Assembly (NCBI GenBank): GCA_951406725.2
Contig: OX597819.1
Coordinates: 58,900,001-58,964,000, forward strand
Direction of reading: 5' to 3'
Source: Octopus vulgaris
Taxonomy: Eukaryota
Length of the DNA: 64,000 nucleotides
A model generated the notes under the pieces. It had not been told where the DNA came from, did no database searches, and was given only the letters and a program-made list of their open reading frames with translations. This document shows, piece by piece, positions 49,723 to 64,000 of this stretch. A program made the position numbers and the translations under genes. The stretch's first letter is position 1. Every line of letters begins with the position of its first letter.

Positions 49723-50703
49723 GAACATCAATTATCGTTCTGCTTCGTTGATTCTGTCTTTCGTACTGTTGATTTTTTTGTATATTATACAATTTCAGTA
49801 GAGATTACATAACAAACCACATTTGTTTCACACCCACACACGCACTTATCTATATCTTTCTTTAACTTGTTTCAGTCATTAGACTGTGGCCATGCTGGGG
49901 CCCCACCTTGAAGTACTTGTTTTTTTTTTTTTGTTTTTTTTTTAAGTCTAGTATTTATTCTACTGGTCACTTTCGCCGAACCGCTAAGTTACGAAGACAT
50001 AAACACACCAACACCTGCCTTCAAACAGTGGTGGGAGCAGTGGCAACTCGTGTGTGGGCATTGCGGAACTGCTGCACCCTATTTCCATTCGATATTATCA
50101 ATAACATTCAATATAATAAGTCCTTTTTTTCTTTAATTCTTCCTTTATACTTGTACATTATATAATCCTTAAGATTAATGTCAGTAGCCATCCACCGGTT
50201 TATGAAAAAAATACAAAAATCCTTGTGTAGAACTGTGTACTTCACAATTCCAGCGCGCGGTGTTTGGCTGTTGTGCGCATGCTCACATGTCTGAGGGAGA
50301 GAGAGAACTGTGAGAATGACAATAGCACTGCATGAACGAAAAACATGTACTTAAAAACATGTTTATATCATTGAATGTGAAAAAGTGTAAAATTACATTA
50401 TTATCCTGCTTCCAGCTTCAGTGTTGCTGCCAGGATTTGAAAAATAGGGCACATTTCCCCACCCCTTATTTTTGGGATTTAGGGGGTAATTTTTGAAAAA
50501 CAAGGGGGAATTCGCGGTGTGGTTCAGGGACAAATTAAACACACTACCCGGCTGTGGTTGAAACGCGAACCGGTCAAGTCTATGTATAAATTTTCTTTTT
50601 ATACATTTGTTTCCTTTTACACAATATTAAAACAACGGCTAAAAATTTTCTGAAGCAGCACCCCCACTCATTTTATCTACGAGCCGCCACAGGGTAGGAG
50701 ACA

Positions 50704-50714
<11 letters not shown>

Positions 50715-50742
<28 letters not shown>

Positions 50743-50899
50743 CGACAGGCTTCTTTCAGTTTCCGTCTACCGAATCCACTTACAGGACTTTGGTCGGTCC
50801 GAGGCTATAGTAGAAAACATTTGCCCAAGGTTCCACGCGGTGGGACTGAACCTGAGACCGTGTAGTTGAAAAGCAAGTTTCTTACCACACAGCCACGCC
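50715..50899 (-). mobile_element. SINE family B, 5' half
   Basis: Head and core homology. Confidence 0.8.
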
Positions 50900-51276
50900 A
50901 TATCCTAATTGTTTCTTTAGCCCCATGACTCATAAATCCCAACATTCCTTTCAATGCCAGTCCGTTGCAGGGTTCAAGGCTAGCAATTTTTGAGAGAAGT
51001 GGACTTGACTGGTATTAAATTTAATAGACGTCAAAAGGGATGAAAGGCAAATATGACTTCAGTGGGATTTGAACTGAGGACATACAGAATCGGAAGAAAT
51101 TCCGCTAAGCATTTGATCCAATGTGCTAAAGAGATATGCCAGCTCACTGCCTTACATACACCATTATGTATTCCAGTATATTTTTTTCATAATAGACAGA
51201 GTGCTCAATACTCTAAAACAGAGCTAAAGTATTGTAATCTAATATGTAAAGATATACATTCCAAGAAATAAGAAAA

Positions 51277-51314
<38 letters not shown>

Positions 51315-54300
51315 CGTATGTTGTGGTTCACGGGTGTAACCATTATCACGCTCAATACATGTATTCGGTGAATGTATAGTATTTGTCATATGATTACCTA
51401 CAGACACACACACGTGGACGCATGTGTGTGTGTCTATATGTCTGCCTCTATGTATGTATGCATGCGTGTGTATATATGTGTGTGCGTACGTGTGGTGGTT
51501 GTGTAGTGGGGGAGATCACTTTGTACTACTACTCACATGTAACCTAGCACCTGTCGCATCGTCGGGTCGCCAACGACTAAACCGGCAATCCTATCTATCC
51601 TGCTTGGCATGGTGGTGAGGTTTACGTTGGACACCCAGCAGGACGAACAACAAAATCTGTCACAAGACAAATGAACTCAGTCGAGTTAACTGCCGTCCAA
51701 TAGTCAGGCGTGAGAGGCCTCAAGTTTTTATTTAGACACTTCTCACTGAGAGAAAGAAATTCCGAAATAACATCCGCCTTATTGTGAAGCCAGGGATGTT
51801 GGTCTTGCTTGTTTTTTTACCACTTAGCTTTATAAGGGAGATTCTTAGCAGTGTTATGCAAATTCCGCCGAGGTAGACTTTGCCTTTCATCCTTTCGATA
51901 AATTAACTGCCAGTTGCGTCCTGGGGTCGACCTAATCGACTGGCCCTCTCACAAAAAATTTTGGGCCTTGTGCCTAGAGTAGAAAAGAATATTTGTGAAT
52001 GTTATGTAGTTTTAAACTAACTTTTAAGAATAATCGCAGGATTCTTCGTGGTTAATGGTCAATGTGAACGTAACGTTAAAACTAAATGTTGATCATAGTA
52101 TCAAATACCGAGACAAGATTGCATCTTATTCAGAAAATTTGAGTACATTGATCTCCCAACAAAAACTGCCCTTTAAGTAGACGTGTACAAGAAAACCATT
52201 TGGAGAAGAGCCGGATTTAGATTTGATATTAAACTAAGTTATTTAAGGCTTTGAGGGTCCCTAATTAAAAGAAATCATACCAGAAGTTCTCTAAATCATT
52301 GAAAACAATATACATTTTGATCATCTTTAAACCCCGCAGATTGTGAGGCCCTGAATTGTAGCATGTTTAGCTTATGCTTAAATTGAGTATTGTCCAAAGG
52401 TATTTATAACACGTAATATCGTTTTACTCTCGGTCATACATTAAGCAATTTTAAGAAAATTACTGACAACAGCGCTCCTATCAGATATTTTTGTAACCTA
52501 TAACACATAAATTAGAAAATATATTTTTTACGAAATTAGTCATTTATATACAAAAAAAAAATCATTAGTCATTGTATGCCCGTGAACATCCTTTAAACAT
52601 CCATTCAAAAACGAATTTATTTGTCAGTTTTCATATTTATGTACCGAATATTTTACGGTTTTCTCAGAAATCGTCCACAATTAAAAATGTATGAGTATGC
52701 ATGGAGATATTTTCCTAATTTAAAATCTTATAACACAAGTAACGAAATGGTTATTTGTATCATTACAGATTTATTACTTTGAGACTTACTCACTCTCTCT
52801 CTCTTTCTCTATCTATCTGTTTTCCCCTCCCTTTCTCGAGTAGATACTCCCACCACTTGCTTCAATTAATATGTAGCTTACCACGATATATCTTGAGGTG
52901 ACTTGTCAAATGACTTGTCCATGGACAAAAAGCAGCGCTCATAAGAACATACAGCTCTTCAGCCAATTGGCCAAGGCTCTCCACTCGACAAACATATACC
53001 ATAACACATATATATCGATAAATAAAGTACCAGTCAAGCACTGAAGTCGATGAAATCGACTAGCCCCCTCCCCAAAAGTTTCAGGCCTTGCGCCTTGAGT
53101 AGAAAATATACTTAGAGGTGGATTGGCAGAATCGTTAGAACATCGGCTGGCTACATTTGTGGTTCAACCTATCGGAAAAAATAAAATATCAGCCCAGTTC
53201 TGAGTTTGATTTAATAAGAACAGTAAAATGGAACTGCGAGCTTTGGAGGGGGAGGGGGGTCTTGTAAGCCATTACATTTTTTCATTCAATTTTATTGTCA
53301 TACACATTTTCATTTATTCATTTTATGTACCCCACGATTTGTGTTGGCCGTCTTCGTATTGTCCCCTTTTCTTTTAGGCTATATGCCTATAATAAAGATA
53401 TAATAAGCGTATAGATTTAAATGGAATTATAATATAAGATTAAACTATTAATAGAATGACATATGTAGTGTTAACGTTCTCGGCGAATCAAATGGTTGGT
53501 GTGATAAGCAATTAACAATAATTTGATAACCACTAATTGTAAATAAGTTTCACTTGATATTTTACCTAGGCACAGATAAGAGATATTGTGATTTTTATGC
53601 CATCTATAATAACATTAACGTGAAGATTTTACAGTCAACTGAGGGGAGAATAAAAAAAAAAGTACGACTGGCTGGGAAATTAAAACTTGTTCCACGACGT
53701 TGAAGATTTCAATTTACATTATCGACAAAACAAACTCATTTCGGCTTCAGAATTGAGTAATGAAGTGGAATGACAACATTTTTTCATTTATAAAACAATA
53801 GCTCGCATATCCAGTTTGATGGTGATGATAGTGTGATGGAGGGGGTAACGGCGGTGGTTGTACTTGTGTGACGATTAATAAAAAAACAAGGGAATTATTA
53901 CCTTGTTAATACGCCTATAAATTTAATTATAGAATGTAAGAAATTTATATTTCAGAATAGTAGACACCTGTACCTAGGTACAGAAGAGTGATGGGGGTAC
54001 AGAAGTAATTGACCGTTTTCTTGTGTTTGATATGTTCAAATTCATTGAGTTCAAGTTTGTTTTTCATTCCATCCGGAAATCAGAAATATAAACATGTGCT
54101 TTGAACTTGTATCGATTCAATCTTATTTTAATTCATAAAATAAGTAAGGGTGCTGTGAGAAGAAATGGAATTTAACCTCTGATAACACCTTTCTTTTGAA
54201 AGGTCAAATCTCACCCCACCATACAACACGCGAACTTACCTCCACTAGGAAGACCCTGCGTGGCCGCTCAACCGCCAAGACATAGCAGCCAGATTTCCAG

Positions 54301-54647
54301 CAAATTATACCCGTGAAGTCTTAAAAAGGGGACACGCTGGATAACATAATCCTACGTTTCCTGCATTTAAGAAAAAGGCAAGAACGAATGATTTTGATTA
54401 AATCTCTACTCAATCAAGGCTGATCTAGCGCGGATGAAGGCCAATCATGGTTTCCTCCGGCTCTGGGTACTTTTTTCCTTCATCCACGGAGGTGCTCTAA
54501 GAAGGCCGAAATATGTTCAGAGTATTTGTCAAACTTATTGAAATAATAATAATCATCATTGAGCTAGTGTTGCCCTGTTCTTCATCACGTCAGTAGTTAT
54601 ATTTTTTAGCTCACTACATTGAATATTTTTTAACACTTATTTGACTA

Positions 54648-55033
54648 TAGGCGTAGGAGTGGCTATGTGGTAAGCAGCTTGCTTACGAACCACATGGTTC
54701 CGGGTTCAGTCCCACAGCGTGGTACCTTGGGCAAGTGTCTTCTATTATAGCCTCGGGCCGACCAAAGCCTTGTGAGTGGATTTTGTTGACGGAAACTGAA
54801 AGAAGCCCGTCGTATATGTGTGTGTGTGTGTTTGCCCCCCCCCCCCCCAACATCGCTTGACAACCGATGCTGGTGTGTTTATGTCCCCGTAACTTAACGG
54901 TTCGGCAAAAGAGACCGATAGAATAAGTGCTCGGCTTACAAAGAATAAGTCCTGGGGTCGATTTGTTCGACTAAAGGCAGTGCTCCAGCATGGCCACAGT
55001 CGCATGACTGAAACAAGTAAAAGAGTAAAGAGT
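54648..55033 (+). mobile_element. SINE family B, near-consensus full-length copy
   Basis: A box TGGCTATGTGG, B box GGGTTCAGTCCC, CCTTGGGCAAGTG core, GTAAAAGAG tail. Confidence 0.92.
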
Positions 55034-56129
55034 ATAGTTTAATCGGCTTTGTGCCAACATAATAAATCCATACTTAATTCTGGAAATGGGAATTATTTCA
55101 AGGGAAATACCGCAGTATAGCCTAAATGTAATGATTAAGCCAGTCAATAAAATTGGTAGACAGCTTATGGTCTGTATCGGTAAAATCGGATAAGAATTAA
55201 AATGCAGGTTAACTGTTTCTAGAAAGGGTTTCCTCCAAAATAATAACCCCTACTTCATCTCACGGTACACGAGCATGCATTTGATACATTGGTTTCAAAT
55301 ACTGGCACAAGACCGAAGGGAAGTGTTCAAGTCGATCACATCGACTCCAGTGCTCAGTGGGTATATATTTTATTGACCCCAAAAGGCTGCAAAACAAATT
55401 CGACTTCGGTGGAATTTGAACTCAGAACGTAAAGATGGACGAATTGCCGCTAAGCATTGTTGCTCCGCGTGCTAACGATTCGGCTAGCTAGTTCATCGCT
55501 TTACTTGCATTAAATATATCAAGCATTATGAATGCCGAGTTGAGACAGGAAAGATAAACAGGCCAACTGGCGGGTTATGAACCTCATATCTGCCGATAAT
55601 TAGACAACTGCATTGATTACTTTACAGAGTGCCTTTGTTGTCTTTTGTTTTCGTTATTTATGAATATATCGCGTATTTTATTAAATATATTGAAGTATAA
55701 TAATGATGGTGGTGGTGTTTGTGGAGAATGACAAAACAGGAGAGGGCCGGATAATGTGTCTCGCACTAATTAGTTTCGTTCTTCGTAGTGTTCAGATCTT
55801 ATTGAGATCGACATTGTTATGATACGAATAGTTCACAATGACACAACAATAAATAACCAGACGAAGAACATTAATGTAAACAGATAAACTACAGTACTTA
55901 ACTGAAAGCTTCAATGTAGCAATACGTCATTTTAACTGTCAGAGCTCTTCTGATTGTCACTGTGTGTCATGCAGAGATGGGCCACATATTGCCCTATTCA
56001 CATCTCACAGACGAGACAGGTCGAACTACCTTTGAAACTTAACAGCTACTTTAACATATCCGCTAATCACATACAAATATACTGAAAGTATAATCATATT
56101 AGCATATCGATGACACATTAGGAATTGTT

Positions 56130-56800
56130 TCTGACTTAAACACAAGGCATGAAATCATATCGACCCAGTACTTAACTGGTACTTTTTTTAAGGGCTCTCA
56201 AATGATGAAAGACAAAGTTGATATTGGCAGGATTTGAACTCAGAATTCGAAATATATAAATACTGCAAAACATTTTATCCGATGCTCTAATTATTAGTTT
56301 CAAACTTTGGCACGGGACCAGCAAATTGCGGGGACGTTTCAACTGGGAATTATTTTATCAACCCTGAGAGGATAAAACGCAAAGTCGACCTCGATGAAAT
56401 TTGAAATCAGAACATAAAGACGGACGAAATACCTATTTCTTTACTATCCACAAGAGGCTAAACACAGAGGGGACAAACAAGGACAGACAAACGGATTAAG
56501 TCGATTACATCGACCCCAGTGCGTAACTGGTACTTAATTTATCGACCCCGAAAGGATGAAAGGCAAAGTCGACCTCGGCGGAATTTGAACTCAGAACGTA
56601 GCGGCAGACGAAATACCCCCATTATTTTGCCCATCATGCTAACTATTCTGCCAATCCGAGCATCTCATTATTGGTTTCAGATTTGACACAAGGCCAGCAA
56701 TTTCTGGGGGAGAGGATAAGTCAATTAGCTCGATCCCAGTGCTTAACTGGTAGTTATTTTATCGATTCCGAAAGGTGAAAGGCAAAGTCGATCTCAGCCG
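56130..56800 (-). mobile_element. Cluster of family A SINE copies of different ages
   Basis: Near-consensus unit at 56420-56655 among decayed units. Confidence 0.8.
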
Positions 56801-57512
56801 ATCCGACGCTCATACGTTTTCAACAATTCAATGCCAATTTCTATTATACCACAAGGTACACTCTCCCGTTTCTAATGCATGTGCGTTATTGCGGTTTGGG
56901 GTTATGATATTGTGGCTGTACGGAATTTGTTTTATTGTGAACAGTGTTTCTGGTGTTGCTTTAGTCAGAATTTGTGAGGCCCCCCAAAACGCAGCTTGTT
57001 TAGCTTAAGTCTGAGCATGGCACTGACTAATGCTTCGTTTGTTGGGTTGTGCATTTGTTATAGGTTCTGTGTCGTTTGTGCTGTAGAATTAGACGAGTTT
57101 GTATTACAGTAGTGCGTAGAATGTGCTGTAAGAGTTGTGCTATTTCATTTCAATGCTGTGTGATCTGTATTTATAGTATTGGGAGATGATTGATCAGAAT
57201 ATGCACGGTGTGAGTTGTTATGCTCTTGGGTTAAATATGTCCTACGTAGTGTGTGGTGTTTAGTCTGGTATGGTTCTTAAGTTTTGCTTCGTGTCCTTCA
57301 TCACACGTGATACTTCAAGTATTATAGGTAGTTTTGTTTTTTACTTTCTTAGTTTACGTTCTGGTTATTTCTATTTCATTGCACTTCATTACACACGATG
57401 TTTCCTTCGTGGGGGATAGAGATACCTATTAAAATGTATAGACTTTCATTCTCTCTGATTATATCATCTCAGTCTGAAAACGCATATTACAGATTAATGA
57501 AGCTATGGGTTG

Positions 57513-57560
<48 letters not shown>

Positions 57561-57609
57561 TGTTTGGTGTATAAAACTGAAGAGATTAAACTTCATCATT
57601 GTTTTTTAT

Positions 57610-57984
57610 ATTGGTTTCAAATTTTAACACAAGACCAGTACATCGAACTCCAGTAATCAAGTAGTACTTATTTTATCGACCCCGAGGGGATGAAAGGCAA
57701 GGCTGACCTCGGCAGAATTTGAACTCAGAACGTAACGGCAGACGAAATACCTATTTCTTTACTACCCACAAGGGGCTAAACACAGAGAGGACAAACAAGG
57801 ACAGACAAACGGATTAAATCGATTATATCGACCCCAGTGCGTAACTGGTACTTATTTAATCGACCCCGAAAGGATGAAAACCAAAGACGACCTCGACGGA
57901 ATTTGAACTCAGAATGTAACGGCAGACGAAATATGGCTACGCATTTCGCCCGGCGTGCTAACGTTTCTGCCAACTCGCCGTCTT
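57610..57984 (-). mobile_element. SINE family A dimer
   Basis: Two B-box units with the standard junction. Confidence 0.88.
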
Positions 57985-59023
57985 CATCGTAGTTTACAAG
58001 CTGAAGTGTAGGCATAACCCCACCAAAGCGACGAGTTGACCTTATTAGAGACGTCGGACAGAACTCCTTGTTGTATTATTTCCAGCTCTCTGCACTCTGA
58101 GTTCAAACTGTACCCCTGCCGTCTCTACTTTTCATCCTTTCGGCGCCGATATATAATATAGTAATCCAGTTTTGGGGGTCGACTTTTCTTCTGCCTCCTT
58201 TTTTTTTTTTTTTTCATCCTGTAGTTGTGGGGTTCTCTGATTTGCCCTGAGTGACAAATAATAAACAGCTTAAAATGAAGATTTTTGCCAACTTTTCAGG
58301 TCCGCTAACAAAGTAAGATGGTAGATTTTCAATCCCGTTTTCTGGAAGATATGACAACAATTTGGGAAAACTTCGACAACTTATTACATTTGGCGACTAC
58401 GAGCCAACAAAAGAACTCCCTATTTTCGGTAGCTTGATTTGTATAAATAGCAGCTAAATCTACCTCAAGTCATAAAATGTTGATATACAAAAACGAACAG
58501 GATAGCCAATGCCAGAACGTCTTCGATTAAGGATCCGCTCAATTAAAGCTGATCTGGAACTAAACAGAAAAAAACGACAGAGACAACATGAAACATTGCC
58601 GTTTCTCGCGAACATAACCCGGTAGCTTCGCTTAGATGCTTTTGTTGCTTGTGTAGCCGCGAACAGGCATAAACGCCTCTTCAACCCTCGCGTCGTAACT
58701 CAGCGGAACATCAAGGGTTTGACAGTTGAAGGAAGAGAGAGACATATGCACCAGCAGTAGGCTAGTACTAATTTTTCAGCTAATTTCACCGGAGAAACTT
58801 AAAATGAAGCTCATGGAAACAACACGCTACCCAGTCCAGAAAGCGAAATCACAATCAATCGATCGTTAAACCATTTCCCTTAACCAATAGGCCGTCAGTA
58901 TTGAACCCCTAATGAGATAGTTGTCACGATTTAAATTTTCTTCTCACAGATATTTCAATAATTTTCTCCTATGACTATGGTAACTTACAATACTATAAGT
59001 GTTATCACGTTTCAAATCTGAAT

Positions 59024-59366
59024 TGAGGAGGAGATCCTCTTCGGTCATGAATGACCATGGGATTGCACCTAGAAAGTTACCCTCCGAGGCACAAGTCCGG
59101 GCAAGGTTGTTTATGGATGGCCAGCATTCGCCCATGCATACCAGCCGCCCCTCTCCATACCACTGATGTTATCCAAGGGAAAGGCAAGGGCCGATACAGC
59201 TTGGCACCAGTGACATTGCAACACATTTCTACTGCTGGGTGAACTGGAGCAACGTGAAATAAAGTGTCTTGCTCAAGAACACAACACACAGCCCAGTCCG
59301 GCAATCGAACTCACAACCTCACGATCGTAAGCTCGACGCTCTAACCACTGATCCATGCGCCTTCAC
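59024..59366 (-). mobile_element. SINE family C, tail type 2
   Basis: Head GTGAAGGCGCATGG and core CTTGAGCAAGACACTTTATTTCACGTTGCTCCAG are shared with 1753-2087. TSD CAAATCT(G/C)AAT at 59013 and 59367. Confidence 0.88.
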
Positions 59367-59883
59367 CAAATCTCAATAATAGCTTGCAAAAATGATTTTT
59401 TAAATTTATTCAAATAAATTAAATAAATTACCGACAAGAAAATAAACGCAAAATGATTCATTGTGGTATTAAAGAAACGTAAAACATTTTTCATTACATT
59501 TCAACTAACTCATAAAAATCCATTTCTGTTGTTTTATGAAAAACTTAACCTAATTAGGTTATATTCCATAAACAGCCTTCAACTTTGTTGATAAAAAGAC
59601 GTCGGTGTCTCTTGTGAAAGTGCATGGGATCGTTCTTATGATTCCTTCATAAATCTTGAGAAATAGAGTCCGTTTCATGTCTCTATGAATTGTTAGGAAA
59701 TGCGAAAAAAATAATTGTCTTAATGAGATTAGGAAACATTTTATTAAATCAATGTAATTAGAAGACAATAGCTGAATGAAACCTGTTTTAATTTTCTGTA
59801 ATCAAGTAGTCGCTGACGAGAATAAAGATATAAAATAATCAAGTAAAAGACATTGCCATTACTCAAATTATAAGTGTGCTTGT

Positions 59884-59960
<77 letters not shown>

Positions 59961-60346
59961 GAAGGTTATACCGATCAGTCTGTATGTGCTCATATACACA
60001 GTTACCGATGTAGATTCTTATATATGTGGTGGGTGTGAGATTAAGGGTGTGTATATATATTATGTTCAGCTATGATAAAAACAAGTTTACATGAAGCTGA
60101 TGGGTTACTCTATACTTTTGTAGGGTACAAATTTATTATTCTTAAACAAAGATTGATGTTGACAGTAACTTCGAAGCTTCGGCCAGTTAAGCCATCGAAG
60201 GCAGTCCTGGTCTATTGGTGATTTCGCTGTGTATTTGATCAGGACATTTATCTACAACTTTCAGATCAACCAAGGTAACAGATCTGACGATGTAACCAAC
60301 TTGTCTCGTCTGCTAAATATCATATAATCATTGCTAGGTACCCATC

Positions 60347-60560
60347 CTAACGTTAGCACGCCGGGCGAATTGCTGAGCGGTATTTCGTCTGCCGCTACGT
60401 TCTGAATTCAAATTCCGCCGAGGTCGACTTTGCCTTTCATCCTTTTGGGGTCGGTTAAATAAGTACCAGTTACACACTGGGGTCGATATAATCGACTTAA
60501 TCCGTTTGTCTGTCCTTGTTTGTCCTCTCTGTGTTTAGCCCCTTGTGGGTAGTAAAGAAA
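60347..60560 (+). mobile_element. SINE family A monomer
   Basis: Near-consensus body. Confidence 0.88.
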
Positions 60561-60693
60561 TTGGATTGTAGAGGCACATGAACACATGCACATGAACACA
60601 TGCACATGAACACACACACACACACACTTTTCCTTCGCTATCTCTCTTTTTCTCACCCTCTTTCTCGCTCTCCTCTCCCTCTCTTGCTCACAC

Positions 60694-60767
<74 letters not shown>
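60694..60767. repeat. (GATA)n microsatellite
   Basis: Direct reading. Confidence 0.95.
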
Positions 60768-61069
60768 CCGGCTGAGAGACAAATTCACACGAGTGGGTGA
60801 TAAACGAAAGAAAATAGCATTCAACACATTCAGTTGGAGTTGTATAAAGTTAATAACAGGTTAACATAATTCCTCTACAGTTTTGTGGGCACTGAACCAG
60901 TCAGAGTGAAAAGAATTTCTTAAAAGTTTAAAATAGTTTCTTAAGGGAGAGTATTTAGTCCTCCATTGGTCAGTTCAGGTCACGTGGGTATTTTAACTAT
61001 GTAGAGACATCAGTTTTTAATTGAAGCTCTATGTGGTAGAGAAGCCGGATGCTGACTTCAGTTATTCTT

Positions 61070-61270
61070 TTATTCTTTTATTTGTTTCAGTCATTTGACT
61101 GCGGCCATGCTGGAGCACCGCTTTTAGTCGACAAATTGACCCCACGACTTATCCTTTGTAAGACTAGTAGTTATTCTATCGGGCTCTTTTGCCGAACCGC
61201 TAATTTATGGGGACGTAAACACACCAACATCTGTTGTCAAGTGACGGTAGGGGGACAAACAGACACACAA
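61070..61270 (-). mobile_element. SINE family B, 3' half
   Basis: Tail homology (GCGGCCATGCTGGAGCACCG). Confidence 0.8.
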
Positions 61271-61499
61271 TGATAACTGTTTTAAATTAGGCTGAATTCT
61301 TTGAAGATATTTATAAGATTCTTCCTGAACTTATCTATGTTGTGGCCGTCCATATGGTTCGAGATTGCCAAGCCATCATTCCTGAACAGGGTCCTGCAAG
61401 AGTGCGTCCTTTTTTCTTTTTCTTTACTTTTTTTTTTTTTTAATATTCAGGATAAATAATCCAACGAGGTTAGCAACCTCAGTCTCGTCATAGCTCCCT

Positions 61500-62365
61500 A
61501 CAGTGGGTTACCTTTCCAGAAACATTGCTTTTCCATTTTAGAACGTTTCACGGAATGCGTTTTAAGGGGCGTCGCATGGCTTCTCGTAACGAATTTTCTT
61601 CCATCTTTTCTATTATCTGAAACCGGTGACTTTCCATAATAGAATCCAATTTTAGGAACAAAGTTTAGCGGCTGTTGAATAGATTCTTTGCTCGGAGACG
61701 TCACTCAAGGATAGAAAGTGCCGCTTGAGGAGATGTGTTTTTTTGTTTTTGCCCATGCATCAGACCTCTGCTTTCCTATCACTTTTTCCAAACGCTGCAG
61801 GAATTCAAGTAAAATACTTTTGATATTTAAGAGGATCTTTTTTTCATTTTGATAGCAGTAACCTACTGCAACAACTACTTTGCTTGTTCCGACAGCGTAA
61901 CCATACACCAACGTTTCGCACTTCTTATGAAGATTTTCAGAAAGTCTTCATCAGCATTCGAACAATCAAACTGTTTCTGACTAGCTGTGACTGAGTTCTC
62001 GCTTTATTCATTTGTCAGCAGATTGCTGTGGAAACGTAATACATCTTCAGTTTTCTAAAATCATATGGCACAAACATTTACAGATGCCAACTTTAAAAAC
62101 TTTAGGGACAATCAGGCAACAACTTCCATGTACTTTCGTAATGTGATTGTTATTGTGGAATGCCGTCCACATTTGGGGATCGTCTTTGTTGATATTCTTT
62201 TAGATTTGAAATGACGGTACCAATCATGAAACTGTGTATGGCTCGGACAATGTTCTGCATAAGCTTGTTACAATATTAGAAGAGTTTTCATAAAATTCTT
62301 TGATAGTCTCAAATTTAATTTCTAATTTCATGCAAATACGTTGGTCTTCCAAATCCCTCATTGTG
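61500..62365 (-). pseudogene. Decayed mariner transposase (different, older family)
   Basis: Relics 'MRDLEDQRICMK', 'WYRHFKS..DDPKCGRHST', 'CETLVYGYAVGT' (DETWVYGYD) and 'FPKL..HRFQIIE'. TIRs not recognisable. Confidence 0.8.
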
Positions 62366-63594
62366 TAATAGTCAAGTGCATTAACTATATTTATTCTAGC
62401 ATGTGTGAATGAATAAGTGGCATGACATTGTGTAGATATGACCAGACTGCAGTCCAAGGTTACCCATGCACAAAACTGCAGTTGCAAACACGCCGCGCCG
62501 GTTGGCTAGTGCTCTGTTTTAAAAATCCACTTTCTTTACGTACAGTCTTCATTATTCTTGTATTGTGTAAACGTGTGTGCATGGGGGAAGGATGGTCGTT
62601 GCATATAGCTTCAGAAATATTATTGAAATAGACTTGAGCCTGCTAAGGTGTAGCCACATCTCAATACTGAATCGAGAAGACCTTTGGTCCAATGTTTTCC
62701 ACTTATAACCAGCCATTTTGGGTTTTATCTGGGACTATATTAATTATCTAATGTTTCTAATGGTTTCTTCCTCTTTTAATACGGTTCTGTGTGGTCTGAG
62801 GAGAATATGGCAGCTATTTCTAGCATCAAACGACCTCATAGAGACTTCGAGTAAAACTAGAATGTAAGCATGGATTTTTGCACTGATTCGGATAGTTCGA
62901 AGACCTGTTTTACAGAATTTGATGACTGTGTTTGGAGTGGGGAATGTAATACATACATTATGTTCTTAGGAAGAACATCGGAGGGCCTTGGAAAGAGAAA
63001 AATGTCTAGAAAAGAAGCAAAAAAGAAAGCATTCAATGAAAATTCTGAAAATAATGTTATTATGCTAAGCAACAGTGACAAAAAAATATGAAAAGAAAAA
63101 TCAGCCTGCAAAGACGAAATAAGGAATCCAAAAGTAGGTCGAGTCAAGACTAAAATGGTAAAGGAATGTATATTGTCTAGATGACCTCTAGCCAGCGCTG
63201 GTATGTAGTAATGTCGGCGAAATTTCGCAATGGCTTATCACTACCTCTTGGGTAAAGGAAAAGAGCAAGAAATTGAGAGGGGGTTAATATTTTCCCCCCT
63301 TTTTTAGTATTTTTGCATTTAATACAACATAGATTATAATTCTTAAAGAAATCTTTTTTCCAAAAAAATTAATTTTATGATATTTTACTCATCTCCCAGT
63401 TCTGTGTCTTTTTCCTTCCTCGTGGGGTAGTAGTGATAGTTATTCCAAAACTCCACCATAATGTCAACCTTTTGGGCGAAAGAATTTAGGATAAGCTTGA
63501 ATGAAAATGGTGATAAATAATAGAGAAATTCACGTTTTAGTGTCGAATATACATCAATATTCTTTTATTGTATTTTAAGTTATTAATTATTTTG

Positions 63595-63815
63595 GCCGAA
63601 TCGTTCGCTCACCAGTTAAAGTACTTACCAGTTAAAGTACTTAGCGGCATTTCATACGTCCTTACGTTCTGAGTTCAAATTCCGCCGAGGTCAACTTTGC
63701 CTTTCATCCTTCTCGGTATCTTTAAAATAAGTACTAGTTGAGCTCTGGGGTCGATGTAAACGACTTATTCCCGCCCCCAAAATTGCTGGCCTTGTGCCAA
63801 AATATGAAACCTATT
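63595..63815 (+). mobile_element. SINE family A monomer (tail B)
   Basis: B box GAGTTCAAATTCC and body homology. Confidence 0.8.
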
Positions 63816-63862
63816 GTTATTTAACATCCAAAACTACAAATATACACGCGCATACACATTCA

Positions 63863-63894
<32 letters not shown>

Positions 63895-64000
63895 CATGTG
63901 TATGTATGTATGTGTATATAATTCTTTTTGGGAACGGTGGATCTCAAAGCAGATAAAGCTATAAATAACAGAGTGTAAATATTGTGGTAAAAACCCTTTG

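Noticed and set aside
51540-51800. Possible RTE-5'-derived or Ceph-type SINE fragment
   Set aside because: Single copy in the window, with no TSD or promoter boxes; the resemblance is too weak to call.
54431-54525. 9-bp inverted repeat and a CTAAGAAGGCCGAAA hammerhead-like word
   Set aside because: The core lacks G5 and stem II is too short; compatible with chance.

Overview
This is a repeat-saturated, AT-rich eukaryotic window with no recognisable host protein-coding exon. Most long ORFs in the supplied track are translations of microsatellites ((TACA)n, (TA)n, (GGT)n, (CTT)n, (TAA)n). The repeat inventory points to an animal, most likely an octopod cephalopod (inference from SINE content and microsatellite load). 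Supported elements: (i) several tRNA-derived SINE families; (ii) LINE relics of the CR1/L2, Tx1/L1, RTE and R4/Dong groups; (iii) a full-length frameshifted mariner nested in a mariner MITE, and a second decayed mariner; (iv) hAT-, piggyBac- and Merlin-type MITEs with visible TSDs; (v) a non-autonomous Helitron next to a decayed Helitron helicase; (vi) Penelope-type terminal fragments in (TA)n tracts that carry minimal hammerhead-ribozyme motifs. Most notable observations: a back-to-back inverted pair of hammerhead motifs (19588-19757); a core-intact hammerhead (37081-37165); SINE multimers of a 184-bp unit moved as single TSD-flanked insertions; head/tail module swapping between SINEs; a SINE tail matching an in-window LINE 3' UTR; a ~550-bp (TAA)n-targeted non-coding element; and a candidate recursive splice site at 21035/21036. 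All calls were made by eye, without database searches.
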